From IMG/VR virus record IMGVR_UViG_3300045988_164134: DNA of 62,626 bases, one strand, 5' to 3'. The position numbers were made by a program, and so were the translations under genes. Within the stretch, counting starts at the first letter, position 1, and each line of letters begins with the position of its first letter. Below are positions 26,935 through 33,382 of the stretch, piece by piece. The DNA comes from a virus. A model generated the notes under the pieces. That model worked only from the letters and a program-made list of their open reading frames with translations. It had not been told where the DNA came from and did not search any database.

Positions 26935-27013
26935 AGAAAAGACACTACGAAGACAGCGTGACATGTACGGAGTTTTAGCAGGAAGCATATTGATATATTC
27001 GGCATTAAGATAA
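26540..27013 (+). CDS. Secreted coiled-coil protein with C-terminal TM (u-spanin-like topology)
   Basis: SD GGAGA lies 9 nt upstream. Signal peptide KRKLSAALLVCCLSLPLFTVSA/DT, long Leu-heptad region and C-terminal MYGVLAGSILIYSAL. Confidence 0.55.
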   Translation: MIKRKLSAALLVCCLSLPLFTVSADTTTAEQPQTITMQYSQYNRLKDIINQQEMTLTTLEAKLKVLNQSSTADKQTLTQLNNTLEHCNNQLIAAKNELTNANSSLTKAEETLTKQNESLQILKTQIKELENKEKTLRRQRDMYGVLAGSILIYSALR

Positions 27014-27020
27014 TAAGTCG

Positions 27021-27054
27021 TGGCACGGTGGAACGTTCGCCGTGCCATTTTTTT
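27021..27054 (+). terminator. Rho-independent terminator ending the late/lysis operon
   Basis: TGGCACGG-N11-CCGTGCCA followed by T7. Confidence 0.7.
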
Positions 27055-27072
27055 ATTCAGAAAGGAATTGGC

Positions 27073-27312
27073 ATGAGAAAGGAAAATAAAATAGCAAGAT
27101 ACTGGTTAGACAATTTAACACGAACTAAATTCAAAGAAGTACTAAAAGAATTGAAGCTAAAGCCATGACAAAGAGAATTAGTTATTTTGCGGCATATTCA
27201 CGGATTCGATAACTACAGAATATCTATTGAAATGAATATGTGTAAAAAGAAAATATGTACGGAACTAAATAAAATATACGATAGAACATATAAAAGATAC
27301 GCAAAGAAGTAA
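27073..27312 (+). pseudogene. Sigma-70 region-4-like HTH gene interrupted by one in-frame TGA (27166-27168)
   Basis: SD AAAGGAA. The reading frame gives MRKENKIARYWLDNLTRTKFKEVLKELKLKP-TGA-QRELVILRHIHGFDNYRISIEMNMCKKKICTELNKIYDRTYKRYAKK. The downstream half is the HTH. Confidence 0.55.
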
Positions 27313-27438
27313 TTTTTTATGCTCTTTGATGTCTTTTTGAATCATACATTTGTCCTACAATATAAGTAGGCTAAGGGCTGATGAGTGGCTTGCAATAGCC
27401 GTTTGTCAGCCTATTTTTTATATAAAAGAGGTGTAAAT

Positions 27439-27828
27439 ATGTATTACAACAATCCATATCAATACATGGCACAGCCCAATAGAACACCACCCGTACAAAT
27501 GGTATCAAGCATAGCAGAAGTACAAGGCGCACGAATTGAATATGACGGCAACGTGAATGTATTCCTTTGTCCGGCCCAACAATGCATATACACAAAACAG
27601 ATAGACTTTAATACAGGTGGCGCAAAGATACTTGTCTATAAACTACAGGATATGCAAACGCCACAATACGCCGATATGTCAGCGGTTAATTTATTAGCAC
27701 AACGTGTATCTATGATTGAAAACTATTTGAAAGGCGGTAATGTAAATGTTCAATCCAATGATGCTCTTGCAACAAATGCAACACAGCCAAAACCCAATGA
27801 TGCTACTGCAACAAGTAATGGGCAATAA
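27439..27828 (+). CDS. Hypothetical accessory protein
   Basis: SD AAGAGGTG precedes ATG 27439. P/Q-rich N-terminus, no motif recognised. Confidence 0.55.
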   Translation: MYYNNPYQYMAQPNRTPPVQMVSSIAEVQGARIEYDGNVNVFLCPAQQCIYTKQIDFNTGGAKILVYKLQDMQTPQYADMSAVNLLAQRVSMIENYLKGGNVNVQSNDALATNATQPKPNDATATSNGQ

Positions 27829-27958
27829 TCAACAGTTTGGATTCTTTGAAAGAATGGTAGGGGGAAAGAACCCGCAACAGCTGGAACAGATAGCACGGAA
27901 TATGGCTAGGGAAAAAGGATTCGATTTAGAAGGATTTATGAAGCAAATGAAGCCTTAA
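27746..27958 (+). CDS. Hypothetical small Q/M-rich protein
   Basis: Duplicated NPMMLLQQ. Overlaps the previous ORF by 83 nt. The start is uncertain (27818 is possible). Confidence 0.45.
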   Translation: MFNPMMLLQQMQHSQNPMMLLQQVMGNNQQFGFFERMVGGKNPQQLEQIARNMAREKGFDLEGFMKQMKP

Positions 27959-28003
27959 TTTTGGCTTTATGTATATTTTTTCCATTGATAAGGGGGAATT
28001 GTC

Positions 28004-28756
28004 ATGATGGAAAACACAGGATTACAGGCGGTTTATGATGTAAACAACAACCGTAACTACGACAGCTGGGGCGGCAACGGCTCATGGTTTATGTGGCTTA
28101 TCGCTATCTTTGCTATGATGTGGGGTGGCGGCGGTTTTGGCGGCTGGGGGAACAATAACGGCTTAAACCAAGTCACCAATGACTTCTTGTATACGAACCT
28201 TAACGGACGTATTAACGATGGCTTTGCAAGCACTACGCAGCAGAATTTTGACGCACAAAAGGGTACATGGCAACAGGCACAGGCGTTACAACAGCAGTTA
28301 TGCAATAATGCTATGCAACAGCAACAGAACACGCAGGATTTATTGATGCAGGGAACGGCAAATGGTTATGTTGCACAGAACAACACAAAAGATTTATTAA
28401 TGGCAATGAATGATAATCGTTTTGCTAGTCAGCAGTGTTGCTGCGAAACGCAAAAAGCAATAGCCGCTGTACAGGCTGAAAATTACCGCAATACATGTGA
28501 AATCACAACAGCCTTGCATGCAGAGGGGGAAGCAACAAGAGCGTTGATTACACAGAATACTATGCAGGAATTGCGTGATAGACTGGCAGATCGTGACCGT
28601 GACTTGCAGACAGCCAATTTCCATCTTAGCCAGCAAGCACAGAACGCAACACTTATTAGTCAGTTAAGACCATTCCCACAGCCTGCATATATTACGGCAA
28701 GCCCGTACCAGTCCGTGAATAGCGGCTGTTGCGGATATACGAATGGTTGTGCATAA
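28004..28756 (+). CDS. Hypothetical membrane/Q-N-rich protein
   Basis: SD AAGGGGGAA. N-terminal hydrophobic Gly/Trp segment WFMWLIAIFAMMWGGGGFGGWG, Q-rich helical body, and CCC and CC motifs. Confidence 0.6.
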   Translation: MMENTGLQAVYDVNNNRNYDSWGGNGSWFMWLIAIFAMMWGGGGFGGWGNNNGLNQVTNDFLYTNLNGRINDGFASTTQQNFDAQKGTWQQAQALQQQLCNNAMQQQQNTQDLLMQGTANGYVAQNNTKDLLMAMNDNRFASQQCCCETQKAIAAVQAENYRNTCEITTALHAEGEATRALITQNTMQELRDRLADRDRDLQTANFHLSQQAQNATLISQLRPFPQPAYITASPYQSVNSGCCGYTNGCA

Positions 28757-28851
28757 AACATTTTCGCAACATCACGAAAATGGTACAGTGTATGTCTACA
28801 CGTTTAGGGGCGGCGTAGACCGTCCCTATTTATTTAAGGGGGGGAATATAT

Positions 28852-29274
28852 ATGAGATGCTATAAAAAATCATCTGTAATGGCAATAAACACAACTGAAC
28901 AAGCAGTAGCAGCTAATGGTATTGTAAGTTTGGCCACAGGTAAAAAGACCGGATGCAGTATCGGGTATGTATCCGGCAGTAATGCGGTATCGCTGAAAAA
29001 TGCCGGACTGTACTATGTATCCGTTCATGCTAACGTAGAGGGGACAGCAGCAGGAGCGGCAACCTTACAGCTGCTGAATAATAACGTAGCAGTAGCAGGG
29101 GCAGCAGCAACAACTACACTTGCTAACGGCAACACGGCTAATATGTCATTTGATGCCGTTGTCAATGTACTGCCGTCGTGCAACTGCATAAACAATGCTG
29201 CATCGCTGCAAGTACAGCTGTCGGCAGCAGCTACAGTAAGCAGCATTGAAATAGTCGTTATTAAATTGGCATAA
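28852..29274 (+). CDS. BclA-C-terminal / C1q-TNF-like jelly-roll protein
   Basis: SD contains a G7 run. VSLKNAGLYYVSVHANVEG..ATLQLLNNNVAVAGAAA...ASLQVQLSAAATVSSIEIVVIKLA matches the BclA_C-type pattern (from memory). Confidence 0.55.
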   Translation: MRCYKKSSVMAINTTEQAVAANGIVSLATGKKTGCSIGYVSGSNAVSLKNAGLYYVSVHANVEGTAAGAATLQLLNNNVAVAGAAATTTLANGNTANMSFDAVVNVLPSCNCINNAASLQVQLSAAATVSSIEIVVIKLA

Positions 29275-29290
29275 AAAAGGGGGCATAATC

Positions 29291-29746
29291 ATGGATAAAT
29301 TCATCGAATTGTATCGGCAGATAGTAAATGACCCTGCCAAGCATGAAGAAATGGAACATGCGCTTGATTTTGTCGTGAAAAAAGTAAAATCAGTGTGCAA
29401 GGATGACTATGAACGGGCACTACATAAAATGTACTATATCGCTCACGACGGCCATTTTTGTGAAAAGCTGGCAAAAGAAGCTGTATCCAATATGCGCAAT
29501 GTAAACGGCACGATCGGTGAAAAGTGGAGCATGGAGCAGACAAATCAAGTCATGCAACAGTACGGGGTGCAGGCGAATCCCTATGATTTCTACTATGTAA
29601 TGAATATGTTCTATAGCGATTTTAGCACCGTCATGGGGGAAGATGTCAGTAACTATTGTCGGATGGCAAATGCATATATAAATGATGTAGATGCCAAGCC
29701 GGATAAGACATTAAAAATATACCTGGCAACGCACTGCATAGACTAA
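29291..29746 (+). CDS. Conserved phage/Firmicutes hypothetical protein
   Basis: SD AAGGGGG. Contains HFCEKLAKEAVSNMRNVNGTIGEKWSMEQT..YDFYYVMNMFYSDF. Confidence 0.65.
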   Translation: MDKFIELYRQIVNDPAKHEEMEHALDFVVKKVKSVCKDDYERALHKMYYIAHDGHFCEKLAKEAVSNMRNVNGTIGEKWSMEQTNQVMQQYGVQANPYDFYYVMNMFYSDFSTVMGEDVSNYCRMANAYINDVDAKPDKTLKIYLATHCID

Positions 29747-29768
29747 TAAAAGGCTTTTTGTCAAGGTA

Positions 29769-29797
29769 TTGAATGTGAGTATATACTTTAGTATAAT
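29769..29797 (+). promoter_or_regulatory. Near-consensus sigma-70-type promoter
   Basis: TTGAAT, 17 nt spacer, TATAAT. Confidence 0.5.
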
Positions 29798-29801
29798 ATA
29801 G

Positions 29802-29852
29802 CTAAGTACTTGCACCAGTACTTAGGGCTAAGTGACTAACCGCATTTAGCCC
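29802..29852 (+). ncRNA. Candidate small RNA: two adjacent stem-loops just downstream of the promoter
   Basis: CTAAGTACT-TGCACC-AGTACTTAG (9 bp), then GGCTAA-N14-TTAGCC. No ORF follows before attP. Confidence 0.25.
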
Positions 29853-29900
29853 GATTCCTTTCTGTGAAAAACTGTATAGATAAAAATAGGTCTATATTCG

Positions 29901-29919
29901 CAATACACGCACAATACAC
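29901..29919 (+). repeat. Arm-type repeat pair CAATACAC x2 with 11-bp phasing (putative Int binding sites)
   Basis: CAATACACGCACAATACAC. Confidence 0.45.
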
Positions 29920-30008
29920 AAAATTAAAAAAAACGGCTTATTTGCGTTGTTCTCAGTTCTCGAAACGTTAATATTTCGTATATTTTCGTCAAAATCTATG
30001 CATATGAA

Positions 30009-30039
30009 AGACCGCACAAACATTGCATTTGTGCGGTCT
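30009..30039. terminator. Perfect 12-bp hairpin in the attP-like region
   Basis: AGACCGCACAAA-CATTGCA-TTTGTGCGGTCT followed by TTATCGTTTTT. Confidence 0.5.
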
Positions 30040-30103
30040 TTATCGTTTTTGGTTATACAATAGTTTGTATAAAACGGATAAGAAACGAGAAAAATTTTAT
30101 TTG

Positions 30104-30133
30104 TAATACACGTACAATACACGTACAATACAC
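30104..30133 (+). repeat. Arm-type repeats (T/C)AATACAC x3 with 11-bp phasing, abutting the int stop
   Basis: TAATACACGTACAATACACGTACAATACAC. Confidence 0.45.
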
Positions 30134-30139
30134 AAAAAA

Positions 30140-31159
30140 TTATATCTTGTTTATTGCTTCAATGAGTTGCTCTATTGTTTTGTGTGTATAAACCTTGTCC
30201 GTAATATCTTTACTTGCGTGCCCTAAAATCAACTGGATTGTCTTTTTATTTATATCAGCATCAGACAATAAAGTGGCACAAGTATGGCGGCCATCGTGCG
30301 GCAGATGGTCCATCTTAGATAAAATAGGGGAGCGCTCCCAAACATGTGAACGCAGCCTGTCATACGTGAATAATGGTTTTTTATCTTTTTGGCTCAGGGC
30401 AAGATATTCGCCGCCGTCCCTGTACATATCCGCAATAAATGGCATTATTTTTCTTGCAATCGGTATAATTCTGTTTTTTCCGGCAGCGGTTTTCATACCG
30501 CCGAGCATATACTGCTTATCAATAAAAACGTTCTCTCGCTTTATCCGCAGCAGCTCGGATGGACGCAGGCCGGTATAGATATAGATAAGCGCATAGCGAA
30601 CACCTATATCGCCCGTATGTTCCCGCAATGTTTTAATTTCAGGTTGTGTAAACGGTTTATGTACACGGCTTAGTGTAGCTGCTGGAAGAATTATAAATTG
30701 CGAGTAGTTCGTATTAGTTATTTCTATGCGCATTGCGTACTTATATAGCTGATTACATAAGATTTTTATATTTTTTTTAGTGCTATATCCTTTCCCGCAC
30801 TGGTCAACAGCTGCCTGCAGGTCGTCGGGGCGCAAATCTAAAAAAGGCTTATCATGCAGTGCTGCGGTCCATTTATAGGCTGATATGTAAGAGTTTGATA
30901 TATCATCATCTTTGTATTTCCACGCGGCCCATTTTTTATATATATCGGCAAATGTAAGATGGCGCGCGTCGGCATCATATGGATTATCGTTATATTCTTT
31001 TAAAAACGCCAATGCTTCTGCTCTCGTGCGAAATGTCCCTAAATATTTTATAATCTGCTTGCCATTGTCTTCCCATCCAGTCGTTATGCGCACAGCGAAA
31101 GGCTTGCGGCGCTTGCCGCCTATTTTATAAATACTGCCATATCCATTCGGTAACCTCAT
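30140..31159 (-). CDS. int: Tyrosine integrase
   Basis: SD AAAGGAG. Contains LRPSELLRIK, HLPHDGRHTCATLL, LGHAS and the C-terminal YTHKT (R..H-x-x-R..H..Y). Confidence 0.9.
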   Translation of the reverse strand: MRLPNGYGSIYKIGGKRRKPFAVRITTGWEDNGKQIIKYLGTFRTRAEALAFLKEYNDNPYDADARHLTFADIYKKWAAWKYKDDDISNSYISAYKWTAALHDKPFLDLRPDDLQAAVDQCGKGYSTKKNIKILCNQLYKYAMRIEITNTNYSQFIILPAATLSRVHKPFTQPEIKTLREHTGDIGVRYALIYIYTGLRPSELLRIKRENVFIDKQYMLGGMKTAAGKNRIIPIARKIMPFIADMYRDGGEYLALSQKDKKPLFTYDRLRSHVWERSPILSKMDHLPHDGRHTCATLLSDADINKKTIQLILGHASKDITDKVYTHKTIEQLIEAINKI

Positions 31160-31248
31160 TGAATGTGCTCCTTTCTAATGATATACTATAGACAGTTGGT
31201 TAGCACCAACATAAAATACGCACCAAAACAACACAAGAGCCCTGAAAA

Positions 31249-31296
31249 AATAACGTCAATCTATCTATCTCCCTGATCCCAATGATTGACGTTATT
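31249..31296. terminator. Bidirectional terminator between the immunity operon and int
   Basis: AATAACGTCAAT-N24-ATTGACGTTATT flanked by A and T runs. Confidence 0.6.
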
Positions 31297-31459
31297 TTTT
31301 TTACTATTTTTTATTGAATAGGCGAGTAGAGCATGATATTATATATGTGAGCCTGTTCAATGAACTTCACATCATTTATCAGTAGAGGGAGCCACTTAAA
31401 ACGTGGCTCTTTTCTTGTATATAAGTAAAGCCCAACCGTTTTGGTTGAGCTTTTTTTAT

Positions 31460-31807
31460 TTAATCGTGTATTAACGAAACTTGTGCGTTTATCATTTCTT
31501 TTGCCCACTGGTACTTACTAGCTGGTACGGGAATGAACGACGTTATTAAATAATCAATAACGAGAATTATGAGCGCATAGTACCATTCATACTGATAAAC
31601 TATATAGATAAGTATAAGCCAGCTAAGAATCGAAAAAACTCTGCGCAATCTATATAACTTAGATAACGGGCATACTGTTTGCCTAAAATCCATAGGAAGA
31701 TTATATTTTCTTTGTAAATCTAAAACGGCACGTTGCGTTAAAAAATTGTTTATGCAAAAAATATCAACTATTATATATAGAATTACCATTAATATCATAT
31801 TTACCAC
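31460..31807 (-). CDS. Small multi-TM membrane protein in the repressor operon
   Basis: GTG start overlapping the ImmA stop. Three hydrophobic segments. Confidence 0.55.
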   Translation of the reverse strand: MVNMILMVILYIIVDIFCINNFLTQRAVLDLQRKYNLPMDFRQTVCPLSKLYRLRRVFSILSWLILIYIVYQYEWYYALIILVIDYLITSFIPVPASKYQWAKEMINAQVSLIHD

Positions 31808-32268
31808 CTCCTCAGCCCTTCGACAAATAAACTATATAAATCAAATAAACTATATAAATCCTTACACGTCATAATCTTTTCAAAAGGTGGTATCTTATCA
31901 TACATTCTTTTTAGCTGTATGAATTTATGTGACAGCAGGTAAAAAGCGAATAGGTCGGCTTCATATTCACGCCTTGCACATCTGTATTCACCGCAGTTAT
32001 AGTGAAACAGATAGAACTGCTTATCGTGTAAGAAGTAGTGACCCATCTCGTGAGCAACCACCATGGATGCTTCCCAGTTATTTATACTATCGGATACCAC
32101 TATGCAACACCTTTTATCTATATGCAGCATATATCCTCGTATCTGCTTGGGAAGCTTTGTATATACGATGGGTATATGCATTTTATTAGCTAATTTGAAA
32201 GGGCAAGCCGTACCCATTGTATCTATAACAGTATGAACACGGTGCTCAATGGCTTTCCTCGTTGCCAT
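31801..32268 (-). CDS. ImmA/IrrE-family metallopeptidase
   Basis: VVAHEMGHYFLHD (HExxH). Sits immediately downstream of the XRE repressor and overlaps it. Confidence 0.85.
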   Translation of the reverse strand: MATRKAIEHRVHTVIDTMGTACPFKLANKMHIPIVYTKLPKQIRGYMLHIDKRCCIVVSDSINNWEASMVVAHEMGHYFLHDKQFYLFHYNCGEYRCARREYEADLFAFYLLSHKFIQLKRMYDKIPPFEKIMTCKDLYSLFDLYSLFVEGLRRW

Positions 32269-32641
32269 TGTTTCCGCCTTCTCTCTGCCTTTTAATAGCC
32301 ATGAAAGCTATCTTCAACGATTGTTCTAATATATCTCTATCCTTATCAGATAAATTAACGGCATTTCCATCGAATACAATCCTTGCTTGCGATAGAAATT
32401 GATTCATATCGTTATCATCAACTCCATTCTTTACATAAGGAGAATCAGTTCGCCCAAGAAGATAATCTGTAGAAACATGAAAAAAATTAGCAAACGCAAT
32501 AATCATATCGGCTTTAGGTATTCTTCTATTTTTTTCGTAATTAGCCAATGTACTTTGCTCAATTCCCAATGATATACAAACTTCACTTTGCGTATTTCCG
32601 TTTTTTTCTCTTAACAAACGGATCCTATCACCAATTTTCAT
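32246..32641 (-). CDS. XRE-family CI-like repressor
   Basis: The N-terminal HTH is IRLLREKNGNTQSEVCISLGIEQSTLANYEKNRRIP. Divergent from the cro-like gene. Confidence 0.85.
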   Translation of the reverse strand: MKIGDRIRLLREKNGNTQSEVCISLGIEQSTLANYEKNRRIPKADMIIAFANFFHVSTDYLLGRTDSPYVKNGVDDNDMNQFLSQARIVFDGNAVNLSDKDRDILEQSLKIAFMAIKRQREGGNNGNEESH

Positions 32642-32659
32642 AAAAACACCTTCTTTTTT

Positions 32660-32770
32660 ATTTCAAATAGAAATATTTCCTTGTGAAATAATATTAACAT
32701 TAATATAATTAAAAATCAATTTTCTTTTTGAAATATTTTGCTTGACATTTATTTCCAAATGAAATATAAT
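32660..32770. promoter_or_regulatory. Genetic switch: divergent promoters with ATTTC-N5-GAAAT operators
   Basis: Operators lie at 32660-74, 32675-89 and 32751-65. The rightward promoter is TTGACA (32742-47), 17 nt, TATAAT (32765-70). The leftward promoter has its -35 as AATCAA (32714-19, reverse complement TTGATT) and its -10 as ATATTA (32691-96, reverse complement TAATAT). Confidence 0.6.
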
Positions 32771-32954
32771 ATAAACATCAAATGAATACAGAAACCGCCG
32801 TGAAGATGCGGCGGAGCTAGTGCAACTAGAATGTCGTGAGAAATGCCGTCACTTGTGCGTGGCAGAATACGGCTTATCAAATACGACCGCTTGTAAACAG
32901 CAACGTGGAGAGATGCACGGCTAGCATTTAGAAAATTTAAGGAGAAGGAAAAAG

Positions 32955-33140
32955 ATGAAAAATAAAATAAAAAAATATCGGCTAAAGAAAAAGCTAACTC
33001 AAGCAGAGTTAGCTAAAAAAATTGGTAAATCGCAAATCTGTATTTCTCTATACGAAACAGGTCGGCGTAAGCCAGATATTTATGTAGCCGTAAAAATTGC
33101 CAAGGCGTTGGAAACAACACTTGATAGTATTTTTTTATAA
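32955..33140 (+). CDS. Cro-like XRE HTH protein
   Basis: SD AAGGAGAAGG. Contains KKYRLKKKLTQAELAKKIGKSQICISLYETGRRKP. Confidence 0.8.
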   Translation: MKNKIKKYRLKKKLTQAELAKKIGKSQICISLYETGRRKPDIYVAVKIAKALETTLDSIFL

Positions 33141-33145
33141 CTTAC

Positions 33146-33160
33146 ATTTCAAAATGAAAT
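33146..33160. promoter_or_regulatory. Distal operator copy ATTTCAAAATGAAAT
   Basis: Same ATTTC-N5-GAAAT palindrome as in the switch region. Confidence 0.4.
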
Positions 33161-33195
33161 ATAAAAAATAGTTTTTGAAATATAAAGGAGGGTTT

Positions 33196-33309
33196 ATGAG
33201 TAAAAAAATAGCCACCATAAAACGACATTGGAAGTCGCTATGGTGGCAAAACAAAGTGTCTATTGTATGTATCATCGTTTCCATTATCTGTATAATACTA
33301 ATTTACTAA
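33196..33309 (+). CDS. 37-aa membrane peptide (not in ORF track)
   Basis: SD AAGGAGGG lies 7 nt upstream. Translation: MSKKIATIKRHWKSLWWQNKVSIVCIIVSIICIILIY. Confidence 0.4.
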   Translation: MSKKIATIKRHWKSLWWQNKVSIVCIIVSIICIILIY

Positions 33310-33382
33310 GGATAGGACAATTGTTGCTATCCCGGTAACAGCTGCTATGGCAGAAGGTGATTATATCAGAAAGAGAGGATTT

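Noticed and set aside
27166-27168. Genome-wide stop-codon reassignment (TGA to Trp or Gly) as the explanation for the in-frame TGA.
   Set aside because: TGA terminates many well-defined genes here (for example 1070-1072, 8810-8812, 9265-9267, 39470-39472). The 3,988-aa ORF and all other genes read normally in the standard code.
31311-31508. 65-aa minus-strand ORF downstream of the immunity operon.
   Set aside because: It overlaps two hairpin/terminator-like structures (about 31386-31412 and 31428-31460) and the 3' end of the 31460-31807 gene. No SD is present.
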